A DNA stretch of 44,382 bases from a virus (taxonomy: Duplodnaviria; Heunggongvirae; Uroviricota; Caudoviricetes). The stretch is from positions 1 through 44,382 of IMG/VR virus record IMGVR_UViG_2740892015_000011, one strand, 5' to 3'. Shown in pieces: positions 36,377 to 44,382 of this stretch. Each line of letters begins with the position of its first letter. Position 1 is the stretch's first letter. The notes beneath the pieces were generated by a model. The model saw nothing but the letters and a program-made list of their open reading frames with translations. It was not told the DNA's origin and ran no database searches. Position numbers and translations under genes: made by a program.

Positions 36377-36537
36377 ACAAGAGACAAGGGCATCACCGGG
36401 CGACGGGCTCATTCCCCAATCCACCCGGGCGCTATGGAAATGGACCTCCTACCCATAGCCGAAGCGCAGGTGCCCTTTTCTGTTGTGTATGGAGAAGTTC
36501 CACTGGCGGTGGCAGCCGCCTCACAGAGGGTTAAACC

Positions 36538-36909
36538 ATGAGTAATGACCGCATGACCGTAGTGCCCGATTTCCTGGGCGAACTGGATGCCGGCGTGTTC
36601 ATGAACAAGATCGCGGCAGCTTTAAACACTACCGCGCTTGGCGTTCTGAACAACGGTACCAAAGGCAAAGTAGTCCTCACCTTTGATATTGAGCGTATGG
36701 GTAACTCCGTCGAAGAGAAGCGCGTCAAGATCAAGCACAAGCTGAACTACGTCACCCCCACCCCGCGCGGTAAAGCCTCCGAAGAAGACACCACCGAAAC
36801 ACCAATGTGGGTTAACAAAGGCGGCAAGCTGACCATCCTGCAGGAAGATCAGGGGCAGCTGTTCGGGATCAACGGCGGCGTTGACGGAAAGCTTAAAGCG
36901 GCACAGTGA
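36538..36909 (+). CDS. Early-left protein of unknown function
   Basis: 123 aa, first gene of the early-left operon; may be YfdP-like (from memory). Confidence 0.35.
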   Translation: MSNDRMTVVPDFLGELDAGVFMNKIAAALNTTALGVLNNGTKGKVVLTFDIERMGNSVEEKRVKIKHKLNYVTPTPRGKASEEDTTETPMWVNKGGKLTILQEDQGQLFGINGGVDGKLKAAQ

Positions 36910-36962
36910 TCCGCAGCAGACAAATCACTGACATCCCTTTGACCACATATTAAGGAAATTTT

Positions 36963-37793
36963 ATGTCCCAGATTTTAGACGGCAATGCCCTGCAGCAGGT
37001 GAAAGACCTTGTTCTTTCCGGTTATCACCTTACTGCAGTTAAAGAAACAGCATGCCCTACTGCCCTGCTCCCTGATGGCGTAAACGTAGAGAGCCTTGAG
37101 CGTTTCGATCTGGAGCGTTTTCGTTTCCGCGGTGCCATGACCACAACCAGCATTCCTGACTTTGTTCGTTATGCAGCTGGCTATGCCAACGAAGCTGAAC
37201 CGGCGCGATGCTTTATCGATGCTGATAACATGACCGCACGCTCCGTGTTCAATATCGGTACTCTGGCTAACCCTGGCCATGCTGATAACGTCGCATCTAT
37301 CACCCTCAAAAAGACAGCGCCATTCCGAGCCCTACTTCAGGTAAATGGCGATCGACTGGGCCAGAAGGAAATTGCTGAATGGCTGGAGGACTGGGCCGAC
37401 TTCCTGAGCGCATTTGATGCCGACGGGAATGTGTTGTCCATCGCGCAGGCAGCTGGTGCCGTTCGTCGCGTCAATATCAAACAAGTCTCGGAAGCAGCTC
37501 ATGAAGACGAAGATTTTGGCGGCAGAAAGTCCCTGATGCAGAGCGTTGAAGCCAGCAGTAAAGACGTGATGCCTGTCGCCTTCGAGTTCAAATGCGTGCC
37601 GTATGAAGGCCTGGGCGAACGCCGCTTTAGCCTGCGTAACAGCCTGCTTAAAAGCGGGGAACCGGTGTTTGTACTCCGCATCGTTCAACTGGAAGCCCAG
37701 GAAGAAGCTATCGCCAACGAGTTCCGTGACCTGCTGATCGAGAAGTTCACCGACAAGCCGGTTGAAACCTTTATCGGTAACTTTAAAGCGTAA
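36963..37793 (+). CDS. YfdQ-like phage protein of unknown function
   Basis: 276 aa; size and neighbourhood (followed by an HD hydrolase) match the yfdQ-yfdR pair of CPS-53-type prophages. Confidence 0.4.
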   Translation: MSQILDGNALQQVKDLVLSGYHLTAVKETACPTALLPDGVNVESLERFDLERFRFRGAMTTTSIPDFVRYAAGYANEAEPARCFIDADNMTARSVFNIGTLANPGHADNVASITLKKTAPFRALLQVNGDRLGQKEIAEWLEDWADFLSAFDADGNVLSIAQAAGAVRRVNIKQVSEAAHEDEDFGGRKSLMQSVEASSKDVMPVAFEFKCVPYEGLGERRFSLRNSLLKSGEPVFVLRIVQLEAQEEAIANEFRDLLIEKFTDKPVETFIGNFKA

Positions 37794-37928
37794 TTTCTCT
37801 GCATTAAATCCCCGGCGCCGCGGGGATTTATTGAAGCGTAATTCCCTTTATTAATCGCCAATGGCGAGGGATTCGTACAACCAAAAACTGGCGCAGGTGC
37901 AGCTGCCAAATATGGAGAAGAAAAGACG

Positions 37929-38468
37929 ATGAGTTATATCCAGACACTTTCAGGAAAGAAATTCGATTACCTCAATTCAACCGCTGACGATGTGGAGATC
38001 GAGGATATCGCGACCGCACTTTCACACATCTGCCGCTTCACTGGTCATCTGCCAGAATTTTACAGCGTGGCCCAGCACTCGGTGCTGTGCAGCCAAATTG
38101 TGCCGCCAGAGTTTGCCTTTGAAGCCCTGATGCATGACGCGGCCGAAGCGTATTGCCAGGACATCCCTGCTCCTCTCAAAGCACTTCTGCCGGATTATCA
38201 ACGCATCGAAACGATGGTTGATGACCTGATCCGCACCAAATTCAGCATAACCTCTGATATGTCAGCGGTAGTGAAATATGCCGATCTGGTGATGCTTGCC
38301 ACGGAACGCCGCGATCTGGATATCGACGACGGCTCACTCTGGCCTTGCCTCGAAGGTATTCCGGCCAGCGACATTATCCAGATCGTTCCTCTTCGCCCAG
38401 GCCAGGCATATGGCTTGTTCATTAACCGTTTCAATGAGCTTACGGAATCACGCGCATGCCTCGCATGA
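37929..38468 (+). CDS. HD-domain phosphohydrolase (YfdR-like 5'-deoxynucleotidase candidate)
   Basis: HD motif elements (...VAQHSVLCSQ... ALMHDAAEAYCQDIP...). Confidence 0.6.
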   Translation: MSYIQTLSGKKFDYLNSTADDVEIEDIATALSHICRFTGHLPEFYSVAQHSVLCSQIVPPEFAFEALMHDAAEAYCQDIPAPLKALLPDYQRIETMVDDLIRTKFSITSDMSAVVKYADLVMLATERRDLDIDDGSLWPCLEGIPASDIIQIVPLRPGQAYGLFINRFNELTESRACLA

Positions 38469-38653
38469 AGATAAAAGAACTGGTAGCCGCAGCCCATGCT
38501 GCGGCGGGGAAACTGCCACCAGCAGAAGCCTCTCTGATGCGTGAGGTAGCCACTCGCCTGGACGTTACATTTGCCGCCTTGACGGAATCGATGGACCAGC
38601 GAATGAGCCTTGACGCCGAAATTAACCATCTTCGTCAGGAGTCCGTCCAATGA
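38456..38653 (+). CDS. Hypothetical early protein
   Basis: 65 aa, overlapping starts and stops in an operon. Confidence 0.3.
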   Translation: MPRMKIKELVAAAHAAAGKLPPAEASLMREVATRLDVTFAALTESMDQRMSLDAEINHLRQESVQ

Positions 38654-39153
38654 CCACCAACAAATACGCGACTCTGCGCGGCACAATCGCCAGAGCTAAA
38701 CGCAACGACTGCCAGAAGGTAGTGATGCGTGTGACGTTAGTTGAAGAACTCCTCCTTCAACTGTCAAACGCTGAGAAGCAGGTAGCTGCGCTAGCTGCGG
38801 AAGTTCAGGCGGTGCGATGGGCTGCCGGGCAGGTTTATTCAGCTGGGTATAATCATGGGCACCTTAATACTGCTGATGAACTCCCCTATGCATCTGATGA
38901 AGAACTTCTTCAGAGAGGAAATGAAGTCCTTATCGAGTTCACCGACCCAGACCATTCAGGCAATGTGACCGACGCTGTACTGGATGAAGTGCGTGCCCAC
39001 GCTATCAAATCTGCCCTCAACGATTGTTCGGAGTGCCTCGATAGGGACTGCATCATGGATTCGAACGGCATCAGTTATGAAGATGCTGCACTCCGTGAAG
39101 CGGGTGCCATGGCGCTGCACGATGCGTTACTTCGCCAGGAGCGTGCCGTATGA
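38650..39153 (+). CDS. Hypothetical early protein
   Basis: 167 aa; contains a Cys cluster (CSECLDRDC). Confidence 0.3.
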   Translation: MTTNKYATLRGTIARAKRNDCQKVVMRVTLVEELLLQLSNAEKQVAALAAEVQAVRWAAGQVYSAGYNHGHLNTADELPYASDEELLQRGNEVLIEFTDPDHSGNVTDAVLDEVRAHAIKSALNDCSECLDRDCIMDSNGISYEDAALREAGAMALHDALLRQERAV

Positions 39154-39371
39154 GTTCAGACATCATCGATCAGGCAAACGAGCTGGTAGAGCACCGCCTG
39201 CAGCTGGCCATACAAAAACACCGTATTGATCAGAATGCAGTCTCTGCAGAGCACTGTTCTGAATGCGAAGAGGACATTCCTAAGGCGCGCCGGGTTGCAA
39301 TGCCTGGCTGCAAAACATGCGCCAGTTGCCAGGAAGTTTTAGAGCTCATGATAAAGCAGCGTAAGGGGTAA
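39150..39371 (+). CDS. TraR/DksA-family C4 zinc-finger protein
   Basis: 73 aa with CSECEE...(17)...CKTCASC four-Cys pattern. Confidence 0.5.
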   Translation: MSSDIIDQANELVEHRLQLAIQKHRIDQNAVSAEHCSECEEDIPKARRVAMPGCKTCASCQEVLELMIKQRKG

Positions 39372-39377
39372 TCGACA

Positions 39378-39590
39378 ATGGCAATAAACCAGAAAATAAA
39401 AACCCATACCGGAACCATCATCACCAAAGATGGCGAGAAAACCGTGCAGTTGCGCGAGACTCCAACGACCTGGTGTGTTGGCCGCACTGAAACCTACCGG
39501 AAAGAAGATGGCCGCCGCAGCGGAGCGCCGTTGACATCACGCAGACTGATTCTGAGCAGTATTAAGCCAATCGAAGGCGGTGGAGCATGA
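39378..39590 (+). CDS. Hypothetical early protein
   Basis: 70 aa ORF in operon context. Confidence 0.3.
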   Translation: MAINQKIKTHTGTIITKDGEKTVQLRETPTTWCVGRTETYRKEDGRRSGAPLTSRRLILSSIKPIEGGGA

Positions 39591-39820
39591 GCAATTTGTT
39601 ACTTCTCAAATGCACCAAAGACACTGAAGGTTGGTGGACTGAGGGAGAGGTTTACCCGGCTCGTGTGGTTGCGGGTGGCTTCGTTCTGGTTGGTGATGAT
39701 GACGAACTGGACGGAGAAGGATGGAGTGCCGCGCCGAAGGAATACCGTGAAGATGGCTCAGTGGTTTATCAGGTCGGCGGCGTTGATGGTGAAGTTTTGT
39801 TTGAGGAATCAGCCCAATGA
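39587..39820 (+). CDS. Hypothetical early protein
   Basis: 77 aa, ATGA overlap with neighbours. Confidence 0.3.
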   Translation: MSNLLLLKCTKDTEGWWTEGEVYPARVVAGGFVLVGDDDELDGEGWSAAPKEYREDGSVVYQVGGVDGEVLFEESAQ

Positions 39821-40209
39821 GCGACGTTGGCAAACAACCGTACCGCGCTGACGGCGGCGATATAAGCACTGGCCGCCTCAAAGAGATAGCAGACAACCCA
39901 TACGGTGACGAGGAGAAGTGCTGGCTGGCGAAGCGCGTGCTGGCATCGCTCGAAGCGGAGCCTGTGTCGCAGGTTCTCTCAAGTCGAGCGGGTAACGATA
40001 CATCAACGATTGATAAAGCTCTGCCAGAAGGAACCACGCTCTACACCGTCCCACCAGCGCCGGTAGTGCCGAATGGTTGGGTGATGGTTCCGGTCGCGCC
40101 GACAGAAGAAATGCTTGCAGAACTCTGCCTTGTTAAAGGTTGGACAGACCGAGCGCTTAATGCCCGGTACCAAGCAATGCTTGCCGCAGCACCCAAGCCG
40201 GAGGCCTAA
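39817..40209 (+). CDS. Hypothetical early protein
   Basis: 130 aa, operon context. Confidence 0.3.
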   Translation: MSDVGKQPYRADGGDISTGRLKEIADNPYGDEEKCWLAKRVLASLEAEPVSQVLSSRAGNDTSTIDKALPEGTTLYTVPPAPVVPNGWVMVPVAPTEEMLAELCLVKGWTDRALNARYQAMLAAAPKPEA

Positions 40210-40430
40210 TGCCCAGTAAACTCACACAGCGGCGTCTTCGCCGACTTAAAGCCGATGTCGCATGGTGGCGTGCAGAGGCTGAAGATTGCAGAACACGTCT
40301 GCTGGAGCTGGCGGGGGAAATCGATAGAGTACGAGCACAGATCGTCAGAGTACCAATGCCGGTGGTTGTCCCCTCGGCTTTAATCGCAGAATTAGCAATG
40401 GAGAAAGCAGTTGAACGACTTAATGATTGA
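40209..40430 (+). CDS. Hypothetical early protein
   Basis: 73 aa, coiled-coil-like, operon context. Confidence 0.3.
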   Translation: MPSKLTQRRLRRLKADVAWWRAEAEDCRTRLLELAGEIDRVRAQIVRVPMPVVVPSALIAELAMEKAVERLND

Positions 40431-40983
40431 CCTTGAATCAATGGGAAAAAAGCCAAACGCGCCGATCGTCTCAATTGGTGCCGTCTTTTTTAACCCTCAT
40501 ACAGGTGAACTTGGCCAAGAATTCTATACGGCCGTCTCGCTTGAAAGCGCAATGGATCAAGGGGCGGTACCGGATGGAGAAACGATTCTTTGGTGGCTAA
40601 AACAAAGCCCTGAAGCGCGCTCAGCTATTTGCGTTGATGATGCGATGCATATCACTGATGCACTGTCGGAACTTAGCCATTTCATTCACCGGCATGCATA
40701 TAATCTCAAATACATGAAGGTCTGGGGTAACGGGGCCACGTTTGACAATGTGATTCTGCGCGGAGCTTACGAACGCGCCGGACGCATTTGCCCGTGGGAA
40801 TTTTGGAACGATCACGATGTACGCACGATTGTTACCCTCGGTCGCAGTGTTGGTTTCGATCCGAAGCGTGACATGCCTTTCATTGGCGATGTTCACAACG
40901 CCCTGGCTGATGCGCGCCATCAGGCAAAATATGTGTCAGCAATTTGGCAGAAACTTATCCCTGCCACCAGCACCAACGAGTAA
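40411..40983 (+). CDS. DnaQ-like 3'-5' exonuclease
   Basis: Exo motif I-like DLESMG near the N-terminus and a distal HNALADA motif. Confidence 0.5.
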   Translation: MNDLMIDLESMGKKPNAPIVSIGAVFFNPHTGELGQEFYTAVSLESAMDQGAVPDGETILWWLKQSPEARSAICVDDAMHITDALSELSHFIHRHAYNLKYMKVWGNGATFDNVILRGAYERAGRICPWEFWNDHDVRTIVTLGRSVGFDPKRDMPFIGDVHNALADARHQAKYVSAIWQKLIPATSTNE

Positions 40984-41027
40984 ACCACTCAGCCCGGGTG
41001 CAGCCGGGCTTTATGGAGAAGGAAACC

Positions 41028-41237
41028 ATGGCAAAGCTAATGAAAGCGAGTCTCTGGAGTAAGCGCGAATTTACCAAAGACTCCATTCCTGACAACCGTA
41101 CAATTAAACGTTGGGTCGAAAACGGATTACTCATGGGAAGGATTGTAGATGGTTCAGTTTTTGTCTATGAAACCGAAAAATGGGGAGTTGACTCAATTGT
41201 TAATCAGGCGGTACGTCAGTTAATAATTGAGGGTTGA
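41028..41237 (+). CDS. xis: Excisionase-like protein
   Basis: Start at internal MAKLMKAS preceded by GGAGAAGG; ...DNRTIKRWVENG... resembles lambda Xis (...SLETVRRWVRE...); immediately upstream of int with a 4-nt overlap. Confidence 0.5.
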   Translation: MAKLMKASLWSKREFTKDSIPDNRTIKRWVENGLLMGRIVDGSVFVYETEKWGVDSIVNQAVRQLIIEG

Positions 41238-42421
41238 CCATGGCAGCAAGGCCACGAAAAAAAGAATACCGCCACCTTCCTGATTATCTTTTTTTTGATA
41301 AAGATCGTGGCGTGTATAAGTTCACGCTTATAACTGGGAAAAAGAAAACTCTCGGTTCGGATCGAGTAATGGCTATAGCCATCGCCCGAGAATATAACCT
41401 GAGGATGCGCCCTGAAAATACACCATCGATAGATTCATTAATTCGGGAATCGGGAGGGCTGAATGGTGAAGCCCAACCGTTTTCTGAACATGTTGATCGC
41501 ATTATGGAGAGAGCAATCAAAGATGAGCAGCCGTCTAAAAGCACACTTGACGATTGGAATAATGATGCCATCAGGGTTAAAGAATTTTTTAATAACATAC
41601 CCGCATGCGATATTGAGCTTGAGCACGTAAATGCCTACATACGAAATTACCATTCTGAATCGTCGGCCAATGTTCAGAACCGAAAAGTTAGCTTCCTGAA
41701 AAAGCTATTCTCTTATGCTGTTGATGAATCGCTAATGATGGATAACCCTGCAACACGGAAAAAAATGCGGCGTGTCGATAAAAAGGTCCGCCGGCGACTT
41801 ACTTTGGAACAGTTCCTGGCCATACATGCAGCTGCTGAACCTTGGCTGAAGACTGCAATGGACCTTGCCATACAAACTACGCAAGCGCGCCTGGAAGTTT
41901 CCCGGATCCGGTACTCGATCAAGGAACCTCAAGAAGGGGTTTGCGGCTGTGTATGGTTCGATCAGGAGGAGGCTGGCATATTCGGAACGCTTTACATTCA
42001 TCGGCAAAAAGTGCAGCACAAAGAGGCTTCACACGTCGCTATTCCGATCGGCAGGGCCCTGAAAGAGATCATCGACAACAGCAGAGACAATGTGGCCAGT
42101 CCTTATGTTGTTCACCGGCTTCTGGAAAAGAGAAGCAATCCGATAAGCAAGGAAGTTAACCACCCAACACAGGTGGCCCCTGACTATTTGAGCAGGGCAT
42201 TTTCAGAGCTGCGGGACCGGATAGGTGTAGCGGCAGAATTACCTATCAAAGAAAGGCCAACTTTCCACGAGATTAGAGCGCTGGCGGCTCATATTTTCGA
42301 AAGACAAGGTATCGATCCGCAGGCAAGGATGGCCCATAGTGATGCAAAATCGACAAAAATTTATACCCAGAATCATGTTGAATGGGTTGAAGTACCGCAT
42401 GCAGAAATAAAAATGGCATAG
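41234..42421 (+). CDS. int: Tyrosine integrase
   Basis: 395 aa; C-terminal catalytic region with ...HEIRALAAHIFERQGIDPQARMAHSDAKSTKIYTQNH...; next to xis and the att core. Confidence 0.85.
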   Translation: MTMAARPRKKEYRHLPDYLFFDKDRGVYKFTLITGKKKTLGSDRVMAIAIAREYNLRMRPENTPSIDSLIRESGGLNGEAQPFSEHVDRIMERAIKDEQPSKSTLDDWNNDAIRVKEFFNNIPACDIELEHVNAYIRNYHSESSANVQNRKVSFLKKLFSYAVDESLMMDNPATRKKMRRVDKKVRRRLTLEQFLAIHAAAEPWLKTAMDLAIQTTQARLEVSRIRYSIKEPQEGVCGCVWFDQEEAGIFGTLYIHRQKVQHKEASHVAIPIGRALKEIIDNSRDNVASPYVVHRLLEKRSNPISKEVNHPTQVAPDYLSRAFSELRDRIGVAAELPIKERPTFHEIRALAAHIFERQGIDPQARMAHSDAKSTKIYTQNHVEWVEVPHAEIKMA

Positions 42422-42540
42422 AAAAAGGCACCTGATGGTGCCTTGAATAAAGTCTTGAATAAGACACCCGAAGGTGCCTTAAGTGGTTCTCTTAGCAACG
42501 AACTAAGAACGCCCACGCCTCATACCCATAATCATGAGCA

Positions 42541-42645
42541 TCAAGGACTTTTGCGGATTTCCCACGTACCTTGCGGTAACGGCAGAAAACCCAACGGAAC
42601 CCTTTTGGTGCCGCTTTCGAAGCGATAGATTTCAAACTCATTCAT
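42541..42645 (-). CDS. Small ORF (34 aa) downstream of the metallopeptidase gene
   Basis: GGAGGTG RBS 4 nt before the ATG; MNEFEIYRFESGTKRVPLGFLPLPQGTWEIRKSP; too short for the ORF track. Confidence 0.25.
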   Translation of the reverse strand: MNEFEIYRFESGTKRVPLGFLPLPQGTWEIRKSP

Positions 42646-42799
42646 GTAACACCTCCTTACCAAGAGAGATTTTTCCCTTGAACATCTTCCCTGAAGGTGT
42701 TAGTTTCAGGCTGTCTATTGAAGCTGTTCACGGTGGTGACGCCTCTCGGATTCATCACCTTAAGACCCCTTGCATTGGTTGGCGCCAAGCAGGGGGTTT

Positions 42800-43321
42800 T
42801 TACATTTTGTCTAACTGATATCGTGCGGCCACTAATGATACTCCGCATGCCTCAGCTACATTTTCAGCACTCATACCTTTCAGAACATTGGCATGAATAG
42901 CTGGTACTAATAGCTCACCACTGAAACATTTGGCTTGCCACTCACTACTCTCAAAAGGGCGGATTTTTACCCCTGGAGCAGAACGCGCGAAAGCAATGTT
43001 CCTGTGCATGAGAAGATGACCCAGTTCATGTGCGGCAGTCATCCTGTCACGCCCTACCCCATTCAAAGCACCCTCGTAAATGTCTTCACGAAGAATCAAT
43101 AAATGTTCCTGTGGGTAGGTGAGACCGTGCGTCTCCCCCATTTCCTTCATCCCACCGATATGGAGTTCAAAATCTGGGATCAACTGAGGCAATGCGAACT
43201 CGATCACCTCCATAACAGGAAACATCAGACCTGTAATACCGAAGGTGCTCCGCAGAGATCTGACGATAGAACGTATTGATTCGCGGTTCTGCGGGGGTAC
43301 ACGATAATCTTGTCCGCTCAA
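42800..43321 (-). CDS. ImmA/IrrE-family zinc metallopeptidase
   Basis: HEXXH motif in TAAHELGHLLMH; paired with the upstream HTH gene. Confidence 0.7.
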   Translation of the reverse strand: MSGQDYRVPPQNRESIRSIVRSLRSTFGITGLMFPVMEVIEFALPQLIPDFELHIGGMKEMGETHGLTYPQEHLLILREDIYEGALNGVGRDRMTAAHELGHLLMHRNIAFARSAPGVKIRPFESSEWQAKCFSGELLVPAIHANVLKGMSAENVAEACGVSLVAARYQLDKM

Positions 43322-43329
43322 AATGCCTC

Positions 43330-43737
43330 CTACTGCTGTTTTCGATTCAAAATCTGTCGTAAATTCCGGAAGTCTTCTTCATTTAACTCATCAAAACTAC
43401 GAGCGAACGCAATTGCGACTTCACGAGCATGGTCGTTCTTACCTGACAAGCTGATCTCTACTGATTGCTGAGAGTCACGAGCTGCACTGATAAGCTTTTC
43501 TTTTTGTTTTTCATCCGCATTCAGATAGCCAATGATGCTATCAAGCACGGGTTTAGTGACCGCCCTTTTACCAGTTTCGATTGCTGAAAGATAAGACGAG
43601 GTCATACCCATAGCCTCAGCCATGCTTTTAAGCGTAAGCCCCAGGTCTATGCGCATTTTTCTTACTGTCTTACCAAACGGCGTTAACATAGTTGTATCTC
43701 CAGTGTGTCCAAGACCCCCATTACTCTTGGGTCTCAT
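43330..43737 (-). CDS. HTH-XRE transcriptional regulator (ImmR-like)
   Basis: HTH LKSMAEAMGMTSSYLSAIETGKR; probable start at internal MLTPFGK (about 43689). Confidence 0.7.
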   Translation of the reverse strand: MRPKSNGGLGHTGDTTMLTPFGKTVRKMRIDLGLTLKSMAEAMGMTSSYLSAIETGKRAVTKPVLDSIIGYLNADEKQKEKLISAARDSQQSVEISLSGKNDHAREVAIAFARSFDELNEEDFRNLRQILNRKQQ

Positions 43738-43763
43738 TTTAAGTTAACACGCTCCCGACAGAA

Positions 43764-43785
43764 AATCAACAGAATTTTGTTGATT
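43764..43785. promoter_or_regulatory. Palindromic operator candidate AATCAACA-(6)-TGTTGATT upstream of the HTH gene
   Basis: 8-bp inverted-repeat arms, 30-50 bp upstream of the regulator start. Confidence 0.4.
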
Positions 43786-43986
43786 TCTTTCATGTCGATT
43801 CGTTTACGAATCTTCAGTCTCGTGTTGATTGAGACGTAGGTCGTGTGAAGAAGTATGGGGAAAAACCAGCTGTAACCCATTGATGTGTATAGTGCGGATT
43901 TTGCAAAAAATGCACTGTTTGCATATACAGTCCAATGTGTCGCAACACCAGTATTTACAAGGGTTACAGCGGATTTATCGCAGTGA

Positions 43987-44032
43987 CATGGGGTGTCGGG
44001 GGTCGGAGGTTCAAATCCTCTCGTGCCGACCA
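43987..44032 (+). tRNA. 3' portion of a tRNA-Pro gene (anticodon loop to CCA), no 5' half: attachment-site core
   Basis: T-arm GGAGG-TTCAAAT-CCTCT, acceptor 3' strand CGTGCCG, discriminator A, CCA; upstream loop context T-GGG-G suggests anticodon GGG; no matching CGGCACG 5' acceptor strand upstream. Matches tRNA-Pro from memory only. Confidence 0.55.
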
Positions 44033-44043
44033 AAAATCCCAAG

Positions 44044-44077
44044 AAAACCAACCTATTGCGGTTGGTTTTTTTATATC
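44044..44077 (+). terminator. Rho-independent terminator after the tRNA-Pro 3' end
   Basis: AACCAACC-TATTGC-GGTTGGTT followed by TTTTTTT. Confidence 0.6.
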
Positions 44078-44133
44078 TGCATTTAATTCGATAAACAGAC
44101 CGCGACACATCACGGCCTGTTTATTTTCTGTTA

Positions 44134-44382
44134 TCAGAACGTCCAGACCACACCCGCCTGAGTTGTGCTGCTTTCTTCACGGGAGAAACGGCTGTCGATA
44201 CCAAGCGTTAGCCCCGTCAATGTTTGCTCAAAGCCAGCGCCTGCATCAGTGGTCACGTTGTTGCGGCTGTTAATTGCCGAACTCCACATCGCCGTATCGT
44301 AATTAACGCCTTTTACGCTACCAAGACGCCCACGCACGGTGTCCAGTTCTGCATCAAATACCAGCGGTTGTGCTGCCGCCAT
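44134..44382 (-). CDS. Host outer-membrane beta-barrel / autotransporter-like protein, C-terminal fragment (continues beyond window)
   Basis: ORF open to the window edge; ends ...TTQAGVVWTF with a terminal aromatic residue typical of outer-membrane barrels. Confidence 0.3.
   Translation of the reverse strand: MAAAQPLVFDAELDTVRGRLGSVKGVNYDTAMWSSAINSRNNVTTDAGAGFEQTLTGLTLGIDSRFSREESSTTQAGVVWTF

Larger units (their letters stand above)
1..44032. mobile_element. Integrated temperate phage (prophage); right end at the tRNA-Pro 3' fragment, left end beyond the window
   Basis: Continuous phage gene order: tail fibre, baseplate, tape measure, tube, sheath, capsid, protease, portal, terminase, cos, lysis, Q, nin-like, replication, cro/cI, early-left, xis-int, att core. 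Host-like outer-membrane gene fragment follows after 44134. Confidence 0.85.

Noticed and set aside
35693-36380. Two 102-aa minus-strand ORFs (35693..36001 and 36072..36380) in the early-left leader
   Set aside because: Both derive from the repeated hairpin elements (shared RFHVV peptide), are low-complexity and lack RBS context; interpreted as non-coding structured DNA or RNA.
43950-44032. Complete tRNA gene at the right end
   Set aside because: No 5' acceptor strand complementary to CGTGCCG is present upstream, so only the 3' part is here.
43734-44108. 124-aa minus-strand ORF overlapping the tRNA fragment
   Set aside because: It translates the tRNA T-arm (RGFEPPT peptide), a classic artefact; the region is better explained by the att core, terminator and operator.

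Overview
Almost the whole window (about 1..44032) is one integrated temperate phage of enterobacterial type; only the last ~350 bp look like host DNA. All family assignments below come from reading the six-frame translations and the DNA by eye, with no database search, so names are hypotheses ranked by confidence. Left to right: (i) an invertible tail-fibre host-range segment (1..1829) with two convergent tail-fibre/assembly gene pairs and Gin/Pin-type crossover sites, one of which sits at the window edge; (ii) a Mu/e14-like contractile tail module on the minus strand (2151..13055), with a programmed -1 frameshift site before the tape measure gene; (iii) a lambda-like head and packaging module (13442..20991) followed by a cos-like region with a GGGACAT repeat array; (iv) a plus-strand secreted-protein moron, then a pinholin / SAR-endolysin lysis cassette; (v) a late-operon cargo hotspot holding a DNA methyltransferase and an AT-rich, terminator-bracketed two-gene cassette of unrecognised function (25417..26576), which is my top candidate for an undescribed accessory or defence system; (vi) a Q-like gene, an HNH zinc-finger protein, a Rha-type antirepressor, a C5-cytosine methyltransferase and a Dam-like methyltransferase with an unknown C-terminal extension; (vii) a replication initiator with internal iterons, then a cro / cI immunity switch with strong divergent promoters; (viii) a ~900 nt structured untranslated leader with two copies of a hairpin element and a terminator but no N-like gene; (ix) an early-left operon ending in xis-int; (x) an HTH-XRE / ImmA-like metallopeptidase pair between int and the right attachment site, which is the 3' part of a tRNA-Pro gene with its terminator. 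Coordinates of sub-gene features are hand-derived and may be off by 1-2 bp.
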